DNA of 64,000 nucleotides from Plasmodiophora brassicae (Eukaryota): NCBI GenBank assembly GCA_036867785.1, contig CP145418.1, positions 1 to 64,000 of the forward strand, read 5' to 3'. Shown piece by piece: positions 11,486 to 24,151 of this stretch (position 1 is its first letter; each line of letters starts with the position of its first letter). The notes under the pieces were generated by a model. It saw only the letters and a program-made list of their open reading frames with translations, ran no database searches and was not told where the DNA came from. The position numbers and the translations under genes were made by a program.

Positions 11486-13408
11486 GCAGTCGTGCTCTCG
11501 AACGTGTCTTCCCGGTCCACGTCGTAGAACCGCCAAGCCTTCATGCCGGGCGTGAAACCGATAAACACAGCGCGAACACGACGAGGCTCCAACTTGCTCG
11601 GCTTCTTCGTGGCTGGATGCGGTCGCATGGCATAGGCATCGCAACCGTAGACACGAAGGGCCGAGATGTTAGGTAGGGCGCGACGAGCAGCCTCGAACGA
11701 TGTGCGGCGCCCGGGAAGGACTGATCTCGGGTGGATGTTGTACAGTATCGCAGAGTAGGACAGCGACCAGGGCCACGTGGAGTCAGGCATGCGAGAGTGG
11801 CACCGGATTGAGCTTTCGATACCGCAGAGCGTGTGGTTGACGCTTTCAGCGCGGCCGTTCTGCTCGGGCGTGTACGGGACAGATTTGCGGTGCAGGATGC
11901 CGGACTCGTTGTAGAACAGGACGCACGCCTTGGAGTTGTACTCGCCGCCACCGTCAGTCTGGAACGTCCGGATACCACGTCCTTCCTGGTTGCGAAGACG
12001 CGCGTCATAGTGCTTGATGACGTCGAGCGCCTCCGATTTGCGACGTAGCAGATAGACGGACAGGTACCGAGAGGAATCGTCCAGCATGGTCTGGTAGTAC
12101 TCAAAGCCGCCGACACCGACGACAGGCCACCGTCCGGACAGATCGCTATGGACGAGATCGCCAACACGACGCGCGCGCGACGTACTGGGAGGGAATGATG
12201 ACCGTTTGCCCTTGGCGAGTAAACATGCAGCGCATGGACATCGATCTTGCGGCCTCGGGATTGGCCCGTCGAACTTCATGCCACGACAACGTTTGTGCAG
12301 GATGCGCAGGTTGCCGTAACCCAGGTGGCCGGTTCGAGCGTGCCAGACAGCTGGAGCTGCGGCGGTGACCTTAGCGACGCGGCATGAGACGCTGGATGCG
12401 ATCAAGGAGCAGACTCGGGCAGAGTGAAGTGTGCCGGGCGCGGAGGTTGGAGCGGATAATGGAATCCGGTACAGGTTATCGTGTCCTCGTTGACTGACGG
12501 CCACTGGCTGACCGACAGGCGCCGTCCAGTTGGCCCCCGAGTAGATCTTCGCGGTATCGCCGTCGAACACGATCTTGTGACCTGATCTGGTGAGCTGGCC
12601 AACTGATACTAGCGCTTGGCCAAGTCGGGGAACGTGCAGCGAATCGATACTCGTCGCCTGGACATCCATGCCGAATGACGTCACGCCTCGAACGGAAGTG
12701 GTCGTACGCGACAGATCGGCTAGCTCAACTTCCGGTCCGGTGCCTTGGCGATAGCAGCTGAGATGTCGGCGCAGGGGCGTCATCGTCGTGGAACACGCTG
12801 AGTCCAGTAGGCCTACTGAGTTCGCGTACACGTCGATGGCGTGGCGTGCCGACAAAGCACGCATCGGCTCGGGCGCCGGATCGATCGGATGAGCGCCAGA
12901 GTTTGGATACTCGTTGGACGTTGGTGAGGATGTATTGCTTTTCGCGTTGCTGTCGCGGTACCAGATGTGTCGTTGCAGCGTGCATTCGCCGTTAGTGTGC
13001 TTGGATCCGGGATGGAAGACGCAGGACTCGTTGCGTCGTGGTCCACGGGGACGCGTCGATGTGGCGCAACTGGAGCGGTTGGCCGTTTGGAACGCGTCGT
13101 GTCGGTCCCGCACGTCTTGGACCCTGATCTCCTCGCTTGTCAACGACCCGACGACCTCGGAGACACTGGGCAGCGTGTCCAGAGCACGATTGTGCAGGCC
13201 AGCGACGACGGCGTCGAGATCGGATGATGCGTTGGCCAAGATGAGGACGGCGACCAATGCGTCGGTGAGGGACAGCATCTCGGTCGGTACCGTCGACCGG
13301 ACGCGATGAGCCGCTGCTTGAACTCGGGCGGCGTACGTGGCGACCGACTCGCCGGGCATGTGCTGGACCGTGACGAGGTCGCGGACGGCGCGCACGACCG
13401 ATGCCAGC

Positions 13409-14869
13409 GCGTCCCATTATTTCTCGCGATGCGCCGTACCCTCCCCAAAAAAGTCCATATTCATTTTTGGCCGGCACCGCTCACTCCTGTCGTTTTGCGC
13501 CTGAGACTTGTGTTTTCCGCTAGACGACGTGTACGAGTTGTGCATTCTGGCCTCAAGGCGTCCCATTTCCCATAGGCCATGTTCCCACAGCACATTCCTC
13601 GTTGAAAGAGGGGACTTGGGACCGGTAATGTACGGTGGGGCAGAGAGTGGAGGAATTCGAACTGTCCGGGGCGCGTTCACCAATTCGGGTGGGGAGTGTC
13701 CTCGTGGTAAGCGACGCGATATAGGAGAACAAATAGTGCCAATGTTAATTTATGGGTTGTATGATTGAACAGAACCGTCTTCCTCAAACGGAGACTTGGA
13801 GTGTACTGCGGAACAGCAAGAGGGACCGGCCGACGTGCTTGCATCAACGGGTGTGTTAGCCGACGCCCGGGCCGCTGAACCGTTCGACATGGTGATGCAG
13901 GAACGCATCATTGACAGGCATACAGCATGTTGTGCAATCGACTTGGTTGACCTGGTCTTGACAACCTACGGAAGCAACTCTAAGTGTTAACAAAAGGCAG
14001 TTGGAAATGGACTAATTACGACCAACCGCTCTTCAAGAATGTACGAGAAACGCACGATGACTTCAGCTTTCAGGTCGGCTTCTTGGTCGGGCGGGCGGTG
14101 AATTTTTCGCCATCAGTAAGAACGCTTTGTATTCGGATACTCTCCGGACCTTCGACAGGAGAATGAGCGATCTGTACAGAAGCTCGGGCAGTTGAACTGA
14201 ACTTCCACAAAGGTCCGTTCGAACTAACCTTCTGTATCATCATACGAGATGAATCGCAGGCCTTGTTGCGGTAGACAATGTTGATGAACCTGATGTACAA
14301 TACTGTCAATACAACATAGGCAGTCTAATGATGCCGCCATACAGTTTCGAAGTGATATTCCAGTCGCGGAGCACCGAACATGTCAATATCACCAGATGGC
14401 CAGCCAAATGGGGCTTTGATGATTCATTGGTTTGATCGGGATCTCGAACAGCGGAACTCATTTCTCTTAACTTGTGACGAGTACGATCAAGACTTTGGCA
14501 CAGGCTATTCATGTCTTCGAGCACGCTGGGACTGTGCTGGCACAGCACCGGGCCGCAGTCGCTGTGCCGTCAGACGAGGTGACAACTTCTTCCCCGAGAA
14601 GCTTTCAAGCAGACAGTGCAGGTAAATACACGCTAACCAATCCATAGGAACAGGACAATCGTCATTCGTTGTGCGGCCAACCAGGTTCGATGCCAAATTG
14701 GTCGGGTAGCCGAGTCACGGAGCTACCCCCGGTGGCCTGTGGGCTGTGGTCGGCGACGGCGATGGCGGCGGACCGCGATGGCCCGATGGGCAAAGTCAAA
14801 AGTCTCAGCAAAAATGTCTTTGGACTTTTTTGGGGAGGGTACGGCGCATCGCGAGAAATAATGGGACGC
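13409..14869. mobile_element. Non-autonomous TIR DNA transposon, MULE-like
   Basis: Perfect ~49-bp TIRs (13409-13457, 14821-14869); TSD GATGCCAGC (9 bp; 7 or 11 bp equally compatible); splits copia A gag; no long ORF. Confidence 0.85.
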
Positions 14870-15785
14870 GATGCCAGCGACGACGGGCTGTACGCCTGGA
14901 ACAGCACGCGCCAGCACTTGGCAGCCGAGCCTGCCTGAAACAAAGACAACGCGGACGCGATCTTGTGGTCCAGCATGTGGACGAGTAGAATCTCGCGCGC
15001 GGCTGCCTCGAGAGCTGGGTCGTGTGCCGTACCGGTTGTCGCAGTCGGCGAGCCATCTTCGTTGATCCCGATGACGTCCGCGTACCCACGATTGCGAAAC
15101 CAGAGTGCAGCTGTCTGAACCCAGGACGTGAACGAGTCGGGAGTACCGTCGAACTTGGGCATGGGCAGTCGGCCTGCGTCGCTTCGGCTGTGCGCCTCGG
15201 CGATGATCGGCATGGCCGGGGTCGATGGACAGCTGGTCGGACGCGCCAGCTGCTGCTGCAGGACACGGAGACGGTCGATCTTCTCCTGCCTGGCGATCGT
15301 TGCCTCCGCTTCGGCAATTCGGGTGTCGATCTCCTCGAGCGACAGATGACGCAGCGGGTCGTCATCCGTGTTAGGCGTCGCCTGGCGCTCGGCCATGGCG
15401 AGTAGAGGCTCAGCGCCTGCGCCTATACGACTGTTAATCTGAGAAGGACAATAATGAAGTGGATGTATTACGTACGGCGTGTGCGGCGGACGTTACAGTG
15501 GCGACGTAGTCGCCGACGGTGTAACGGTTGCCAACGCCGGCGGGCACGGAGTCGCGGAGTGCGTGACGGCGTTCACGTGCTGCAGGCATGTGCTGCTGGT
15601 CGTAGTGGATACGTTGTTCGACATCGGTGACGCGAGAAGGCTTTCGGACGGTGGAAGGGTGGAGCGCCTGGCTAATGGGACCAGCGCGGGAGCATGAGCA
15701 TGGCCGCCACTTGCACACGCCCGCTGTTCTGCAGAAGATGATTGTAGCGGTAGTGGTTCAGGGCGTGGGAAAGGAACCGCAATTG

Positions 15786-15856
15786 TGTAGACCGGACCGC
15801 CAACTAGGCCACGAGAGCAGCTGCTCCCGTGGCCTAGTTGGGCTGTCTGGTCTACA
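15786..15856. mobile_element. 71-bp hairpin mini-element (TGTAGACC..GGTCTACA)
   Basis: Near-perfect palindrome with 4-bp TSD ATTG; inserted in frame (75 nt) in the Zisupton transposase. Confidence 0.88.
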
Positions 15857-18736
15857 ATTGGAGTGGCAGCAGTTCGCCCATCTTCAGTCACGCGGTTTCG
15901 TGTCATTGTCAGCCGAAGTCGCTGGCGGTTGTGTGCAGGCAAGGACGTTTGAACGGCCTTTGCCTGCCATTTGGTGTGGTACGCCTTCAGCTGGACGTCC
16001 GTCTTTCTGAAGACGTCCACACCATTGGCCAGGCCGTTGAACATGTCGGCGATTCTGGAGAAGCCGGCCTGCGCAGATTGATTTGCCAAAGCTAGCACAG
16101 CCTCGTTGAACAGCGCACGTTCACGCTCGGTGTGCACTGGGAGAACTGGGATCGTCTGCTGCAGACGTTGTGCAACGAATGCGGCGCACCCGCGTAACAG
16201 CTGTTGCGGTGCCGGGCAATCCTCTTCCACAGACCTCTTGGTCAGGCGCCCGACGCCGAACTGCTCATGACTGGACACATACTCGGACAACGGGACCCAA
16301 TTCGGGTACGCCAACCGGCCTGTGACACCCTGGCTCAACCTCTGGACTTCTTCAATTTCCAGAATGTTGTAATGTCCGAAGAACGGGACATCATCCCGGT
16401 GCCGTACGCTTGAACGCATCAAAAGCCGGTGGCGCTTCTCTGCCACCAACGCATCGCCCAGCTCGATCGAAGCACCGAATGAGCCAAAGCAGCGGTAGAG
16501 TTCACGATGTACGCCTCCTTCCAGCGAGTTTGTCCCCCGTGAGCAGTGGTAGACAGGGATACCAAGGCGATCGAAGCCGAGTTGCGTATAAAACTGAAAC
16601 CCTGGAGGGTCACTTAAGCACCCCTTCCTGACGTGTTTGCGCATAACCTGTCAAGTTCGAAGAGGTCAGCCACGTTGTCATTCGTATTTCGTGTTGCTGA
16701 TGCGAGCATTACCTCAATCTGGCTTAGAGCCTCCTTTGTCAGCAATGGTTGCCCAGTTACGGGGTCGGAGATATCCTTAAATTCATCTACAGTCCTCGCG
16801 ATGGCGGCGTCCATTTCGACTGGACTTCGGGTATAGCGTGGTATGCGCCTTCGTGCCCATTGAGAGCGATGAATGAAATCACCGAAATCGCCTGGGGGCA
16901 ACAGGTCGCACTGCTCCAGACGATGTTGGACCAGATCGACGGACCGATGGTCAACCATGAATATGGCATCTCGCATTAATGCCATGAAACGATCATGCGA
17001 TGGGTGCGAAACTTTGACTGGAATGGCGTCCAGCCAGTGCCAAATATCCTTCAAGACGGCAACCTCGCGGTTGTCCTCAGCAGACGGTAGCATCCGGCTC
17101 TCGTGGCGAAGCGAATCGATGGGGACAACGACGTCAACAGGGAGGCGCTCGATCCGATTGAAGTCTATGTCAGCAATGCCCATGCGTGATCCTAGTCGTA
17201 GACCCGGAGCATGGATTTCGTCGAGGCGGACGCACACAGCTCCTGATGGACCGCTTGAAAGATCGGTAATCGAGCCCGAAGCAAGCCGCTTTCCGTTCGA
17301 TCCAATGACGACATCGACGCGTAAACCGCAGGCAACGGTCGCTGGCGCAATCGGAACGGTGCAGTCGTTGAATTGCATGAAGTAATCGTACAGCGCCAAA
17401 CATGCGTACGCATCCCGACAAGCATACCGCACGAACTCGACAGGCAATGGTTTCTTCAGCCATTTGTCGGAGACCCGGATGTTTGGATCTTTCTCCATTG
17501 CGACGCCGAAAACGCGCTGCATCAAGTGAGCAAGTGATACCTTGCTGGACGCGATCTTGCCACAGCGTTTGCCGATCTTCGCCACATCGACATGACCGGT
17601 CATTAACACACCGAAGTCCTTCTGCAGTTTTTTGAGGTCCCCTTCAATAGATAGCCCGGCCTTCGTAACGGTTGGATCTTCAAGCAACATCTTCAGCCCA
17701 ACTGGACAATCGCTGAGCAATTGCAGAACGCGAGGAGGATGGCCGCGAAGTGCGATTTGTACCGTACAAACCGGTGACGTGATTGATTTCTACCTTGCGC
17801 CGTCCTTCATAAAGGTGACGTTGGACTCCGTATCGAAACCAACAACACGGTCAGCGATGGGAAGATTGCGGATGGCGCTACAGAAATCCGAAATGGCCCG
17901 GGTGTTGTTCAGGACAATGCCGTCGGGATCAGGCCAGCAGAACGCAGGAAACGGATCAGCGCCACGTCTGGAACTGTCATCCATCGACGTATCCTTGGAT
18001 ACAGTCTCTATAGCGGATGCAATCGAAGCGACTACGCGACCGATTATTTCGTCGTCAGGAGCTGCAGGATTGCTTGAATAACCATCAGCGACTTCCCGAG
18101 CGACAAGCAGGGCCGTCTGTGACATCATCTGAACGACATTCTTTACGATCGATTGTTCAATCGGCAGGTCTTCGTCTTCCACAGCAATCCTCAGCATGGT
18201 TTGAGCCTTATGACGAGCAGCAGAGATCACGCGAACGTTGAGGTCGGATAGCGCAGCGTGAATAGGGGTATCAGAGGAAACGGACGAAAGGAGTTGATCG
18301 AGAATTCGTTTCAAACTCGAGCAGAAAGCATCGCGCCTCGCCAATGCTTTGCGAACCCAGATGATCTCCATGAACGCGGAAGCGTCCTGGCAGCACCGAT
18401 CCGAAACGATAACCGATGCAAGTTCGAAGCCGTTGAGAAGACAGCGCAGCAAGTAACCTCGAAGCGCGACAAAGACTTCATTGAGCGAAGTGCTGTAGGT
18501 GAACCGTTGGAGCGTGGGTTCCTCGAACTCATTGACCGCTGTCAGGAGTGCGCTAAAGAGGGGATACGGGCCGAACATGCGCAACAGCTTCGGCACTTTA
18601 ATGTAACGCCTGAACGGGCGCGTTGGCAAATGGCGCCTCAAATGGCGCCGACGACAATAAAGTCCGAGACGACCGCGGACCGACGGCAGTCGGTCAACGC
18701 GTGAGTCAGTTGAACCTGACAGTTTGACCGACTATC

Positions 18737-19678
18737 ATGCCGGAGACGCGAGCAACCCGGAAGACGAACGACGACAAGCCCGCCGAGACGGTAACGACTG
18801 ACGGGATCGAGACGACTGACGAGGGGGCGATGGAGAAGAGGATCGCGAAGGCAGTGGCGGACGCGCTGCGCGCCCAGAGGGCCGAATTTGAGGAGATGCT
18901 CCGACGGGAGCGGGCGGAACGGGCGTTGACTGCTGCGACCGAGGCGATACGCTCCCAACCGCCGGCACATATCGACGACCTAGGAACGCGGACGCTGAAC
19001 GTCACCGTCGATTTGCAGTCATTTTCGGGCAACTTTGCAATCGACGCCATCACCGCCCGGGATTGGCTAGAGATGTTCTCCGACTTCGCAGGGCTCGACC
19101 TGCGTTCGCAGGAACCGTTGCCTCGCACGGCCCGAAACCTGCTCTCGTCCCGCCTGGTCGGCGACGCGCGGGAGCTTTATTTCGCGGCGGCGCCGACGAC
19201 GCCGACCGAGTTGACAGCGTCACTGACTGGTGCGTTCCCGGAATCGACACCGCGTGCCGCCAAGGAGGCATTCGAGCATTTCCGCCGGACGACGCCCAGC
19301 ATCGACGTGCACGTCGTGCGATTCCGGTGCCTGTACCTACGGGCCCGCCGGCTGAACCCGCGGGAATGCGACTACTCCGAGGAGACGCTAGCGGAATACT
19401 TTCGCAATTCCTTGCACGCCGCACTGAGCGAGGAACTCTACAAATGGCAGCTCGTCACCTTGGACGCCATGATCGCGAAGGCCCGGCACCTAGAGCCCGC
19501 ATACCCGTTTGTCCCGCCGCAGGTGAACCAGCTGACGGGAGGCCAACAGACGGTACCGCTGACCGACGACGAGCGCGCGCGATGCCTACGCGAGGGACGC
19601 TGTTTCCGATGCAAGGCGCACGGTCACCGGTCGCGCGAGTGCCCTCTCCGCGCCCAGCCGGGAAACGGGGAAGGGTGA
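18737..19678 (+). CDS. Gypsy Gag with CCHC zinc knuckle
   Basis: CFRCKAHGHRSREC; starts 16 nt after the 5' LTR. Confidence 0.92.
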   Translation: MPETRATRKTNDDKPAETVTTDGIETTDEGAMEKRIAKAVADALRAQRAEFEEMLRRERAERALTAATEAIRSQPPAHIDDLGTRTLNVTVDLQSFSGNFAIDAITARDWLEMFSDFAGLDLRSQEPLPRTARNLLSSRLVGDARELYFAAAPTTPTELTASLTGAFPESTPRAAKEAFEHFRRTTPSIDVHVVRFRCLYLRARRLNPRECDYSEETLAEYFRNSLHAALSEELYKWQLVTLDAMIAKARHLEPAYPFVPPQVNQLTGGQQTVPLTDDERARCLREGRCFRCKAHGHRSRECPLRAQPGNGEG

Positions 19679-22600
19679 TCGGACCCGGGTTCGACGATCA
19701 CCCATTAAATTCCTCATTCCACGAACCCGACTGCTTAATCCTTACTTCGCTTCATCTCGCCCAACGCCCGTTCGTTCAATCGCCTATCGTGGACATCTCC
19801 ATCACATGCAGAGGCATCACGTTCACGACGAAGGCCCTCCTGGATTGCGGCGCGACAGGCTCGTTCATCGACTGGGCTCTGGTGCGACAGCACGGCATCC
19901 CTTGTCGACGCAAACCGGACCCTGTATCCGTCAAGGTCGTTGATGGGCGAGCACTTACGCCGATCTCGCAAGAGACCGTTCCGCTCTCCTCTGTGGTCAA
20001 TGGGGAATTCGCCGATCAACACCTCGTCCTCAACGTCATCCATTCGCCGAATCACCCCATTATCTTGGGCATGCCATGGCTGGACTTCCACAATCCCGAT
20101 GTGAACTGGCGGTTGAGATCGACGACGCGACGCTACGCCTGCCGCTGCGGCAACGCCGCCCCGAGTCCCGATCACAGCGAGCCGATCTCGAGAGCGACGG
20201 GCGCCAACATGGTCGCCACCGCGACGGAGACTAGTTCACCGGGAGACGAGCATGGGCCTGAGCCGGAACCTGTGCCCGACGACCCTATACACACGACGAC
20301 GACGACAGTCCTATGCCGCGATCGCCACCACTAGCGCCGGCGGACGCCACGCCGCGGCATCCAGCGTTAGAGACAGCTGCCGTTAGAGACGCGCTACGTG
20401 GCGCCCCTACCGACCGACCGGACTGGACTACGCACCATGCCGTTCACATCACGTCCTTGCTCCTGGGGCCGCACTGGAGTCGCGTCGCGCCTGCCGATTG
20501 TTCCCCCTTGCAACACGCGCTGCCGCTGACCATTCACAACTTGTCGCCGCCCCGCGAAGTGCCGACGAGCCAGGCTCCGAACTTAATGACGTCCGCACAG
20601 ATGAAGGACAGAACAAACCGAGATGAGCGACGACCGGCGTTCACGAGCACACCTGCCTTGTGGAGGGCGGGTCGCCGGACCTCGCCCCCTCGCCGCCGAA
20701 CCAGCTCTGATGCGTCCAGGGCCTCAGCCTTAGCCCAACCCTGTGAATCGCGGCCGTCGACGGACCGCTGCACTCTGCAGGCACTGGTGCTCTGGGGCCT
20801 TCTCAGGGAGGCAGACCCCCGACTCGACATGAAGCGGGCCTTCCTGGAGGTCTCCCGCATGGCGTCCGCCCTGCGCGCGCACGACGCATCCTTTGACGAA
20901 TGGCTGGATCTGAGCCCATGCGACCGGACGGTCGACCCTCCGGGCGGAGGCGACACTTCGCAGCATCCTCTACCGGCCACCACCGACGACACGGAGGAGA
21001 TGGCCACGGCACCCCCCGACATGACTGTTGACGATTTCCACATTCGCACGGTGGCGCCGGACGAGTTCTTCAACGACGCACACGAGGATGGCACGAACTG
21101 TTACATGATCCATACGACATGGACGACGCCTGGTTCCACGCAAGACACGCAGCTTCCCGCCAAGTATGCAGACTTCGCCGACGTGTTCGATGAAGCGGCC
21201 GCGTCTCGACTACCGGAACATCGGGCCTTCGATTGTGCCATCGACTTGCACACCGGGAAGGAACCGCCGTTCGGCCGCCTTTATGGACTATCGCCACGTG
21301 AGCAGGAAGCTATGAAGGTGTACCTGACGACCAACCTCGAGTCCGGCTTCATTCGCCCGTCGAAATCCCCGGCTGGCGCCCCCGTTCTGTTCGCTAAGAA
21401 GAAGGATGGATCGTTGCGTTTTTGCGTCGACTATCGCGGGCTGAACGCCGTAACGATCAAAAACCGGTATCCCGTTCCTCTCGTCGACCAGAGCCTTGCC
21501 CAACTAAGCTCGGCCAAGATATTCACCAAGATCGATCTCCGCTCGGCCTACCATCAAGTCCGGATCCGGGAAGGCGACGAATGGAAAACCGCGTTTCGCA
21601 CACCGTTTGGACTCTTCGAGTACTTGGTGATGCCGTTCGGGCTGGCCAATGGACCCGCCGCATTCCAAGGGTTCATGAACGACCTGTTCCGGGACTACTT
21701 GGACGTATTCGTCCTCGTGTACCTCGACGACATCTTGATATTTTCTCGCAATCCGGAGGACCATGAACGCCACGTTCGCCTCGTCCTGGAACGTCTCCGC
21801 GAGGCGAAGCTCTTTGGAAAGCTCAGCAAGTGCGCCTTCGACGCTTCCGAGGTCGAGTTCCTCGGCTACGTCATTTCTCACAACGGCGTCCGAATAGACC
21901 AGGCCCGAATCGACACGATCCTAGCTTGGGAGCCGCCCGGCGATGCGCACGCTGTCCGAGTTTTCCTGGGGTTTGCCAACTTCTACCGCAAGTTCATCGC
22001 GCATTATGGAGAGATTGTCTTGCCACTCACCGACCTCACGAAGGACAACGTGGACTTTCACTGGGGAGCTGAAGAAGATGCCGCATTCCGCACCTTGAAA
22101 GCCGCGTTCACGTCTCCTCCGATCCTGACGCACTTCAATCCCGACCGGCCGTGCGAAGTCGAGACGGACGCATCCGACTTCGCCCTCGCCATGGTACTGT
22201 CGCAGCGCGACGACGACGGCGAACTGCACCCGATTGCGTTCTACTCGAGGAAGTTGACCCCGGAAGAGATTAACTACAAGATGCACGATAAGGAGCTACT
22301 ACCGATCGTGGAAGGCTTCCAGAAATGGCGCCAGTTCCTGGACTCGGCGCAGCACCAGACGCTCGTCTACAGCGACCACAGGAACCTGCAATGGTTTCTC
22401 AGCAGCCAAAAGTTGTCGAGACGACAAGTTCGCTGGGCGCAACTCTTGGGCGAATTCGACTTCCGCATCGCCCATCGTCCGGGACGCCTTCACGGCAAAC
22501 CGGACGCATTGACGCGTCGACCAGAGTACCGGCCAACGAAGCCGAAGCAGCCCAGCAAGCAACCCAAGTATTGACGGCAGCTCACTTCATCACCACTGAT

Positions 22601-24151
22601 TCCCCCGTTACCAACCACGTTCTTAACTTGATTGGCGAACCGCGCAGCACCGAGAGCTTGTGGGCCCGCATCCGAACTAACCAAGCAACGGACCCCTTTG
22701 TTCAGAAGGTACTCGCACGCTTAGCCGCCCCGACACCACGGAACCGTCGCTTCCGCCAGGCCGACGGCATCCTCTACCGGGACGATCGCGTGGTGGTCTC
22801 CGGCGACGATTGCAAGTTGGAAATCCTGAAATCGCTGCACGACGCGCAGACAGCTGGACACTTCGGCCTCGGAAAGACGCTGCACCTCGTGCTCCGCGAG
22901 TTCTGGTGGCCAGGCCTCCGCGACTACGTCAAGCACTACATCAAATCGTGCGACGTCTGCTGCCGGTCGAAAACGCCACGCCACAAACCGTCGGGACTTC
23001 TGATGCCACTTCCCCTTCCAACTCAGCTGTGGTCGTCAATCTCCATGGACTTCATCGTGAAGCTACCAACGTCGCAAGGCTGGGACTCCATTCTGGTGGT
23101 GGTTGACAGGTACTCCAAGATGGCGCACTTCATTCCCTGCAAGGAGACCACCACAGCAGAACAGCTGGCAGACCTGTTCCTCAGCAACGTGTTCCGCCTT
23201 CATGGTCTTCCAGACGATGTGACATCTGACCGAGGACCCCAATTTGTTTCCAAGTTCTGGCGCCAGCTCCTGGACCGCCTCGGCACCCGTCGCAACCTGT
23301 CTTCCGCTCGGCATCCTGAGAGTGACGGCCAGACCGAACGGGTTAACCAAGTTCTGGAGCAGTACCTGCGATGCTACGTCAACTATCAACAAGACGACTG
23401 GGCGCAACGCCTACCGATCGCAGAATTCGCCTACAACAACGCCAGCCACAGCGCTACCGGTATGTCCCCCTTCATGGCCAACTACGGCTATCATCCCCGC
23501 CTCCATGATCTGTGCCCGCGCAAGACCGTATCGTCCAACCCCACCGCAGACGACCGCGCTGAGTTCCTCCACAAACTTCACGCGGCCCTGCGACGGAACC
23601 TCGAACGAGCGGTGCGATCGATGAAGCACTTCGCGGATCGGAGCAGGATACCGTGCCCGACATACAAGGCAGGTGATCTCGTCATGCTGCGTAAAGGCGC
23701 ACTGCAAACTGGCCGACCCTGCGACAAACTGGACGTCACCATGCTCGGACCTTACAAGGTAACGAAGGTCGTCAACAAGGTCGCATTCGAACTCGCGCTG
23801 CCCGCCACGTGCCGCATGCACAACGTGTTTCACTCGTCGTTGCTGGAACCATACGTTCCTAGCGTTATTCCTGGGCGTCAACCGGCACCACCAGATCCGA
23901 TCGTTCTCGAAGGGGAAGATGCGCCGCTGTACGTGGTCAACGACATCCTCGATTCGCGATTCCGGAACGGCCGCCTGTTCTACTTCCTCGACTGGGACGG
24001 ATACCCGGCCTCAGAACGGACTTGGGAACCGGCCACCTCCCTACGAGGCACCGGGGGACTTGACCGCGCAATCGCAGAATTCCACCGACGCTACCCAGAC
24101 AAGCCCGGGCCTGGCCGCAGACGTGCCAGGAATAGACCGAATCTGATGTAA
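19660..24151 (+). CDS. Gypsy Pol (protease, RT, RNase H, integrase, chromodomain); -1 frame to Gag, with further frame breaks near 20320 and 22560
   Basis: LLDCGATGSFI; YLDD; ETDASD; HDAQTAGH..CDVC; SMDF, SDRGPQF, SDGQTER; chromodomain WDGYPASERTWEP; slippery G GGA AAC at 19660-19666. Confidence 0.9.

Larger units (their letters stand above)
8940..15396 (-). pseudogene. Copia A gag-pol polyprotein, interrupted by two insertions
   Basis: Gag 15396-14870 and 13408 onward; protease LLDSACS; WHARTGH; integrase VHSDL, TDGGGEY, PEQNGRAE; RT HTDD; RNase H YADADW, YEDNQ. Broken at 13409-14869 and 11459-11485. Confidence 0.92.
8887..15623 (-). mobile_element. Ty1/copia LTR retrotransposon A
   Basis: Identical 184-bp TG..CA LTRs (8887-9070, 15440-15623); 5-bp TSD TCGGT; PPT (GGAGGGGGCG on minus) next to the 3' LTR; gag-PR-IN-RT-RH order. 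Confidence 0.96.

Noticed and set aside
15421-15445. tRNA-Asn gene
   Set aside because: Only ~12 nt of anticodon arm are present, with no cloverleaf; interpreted as a primer-binding site.
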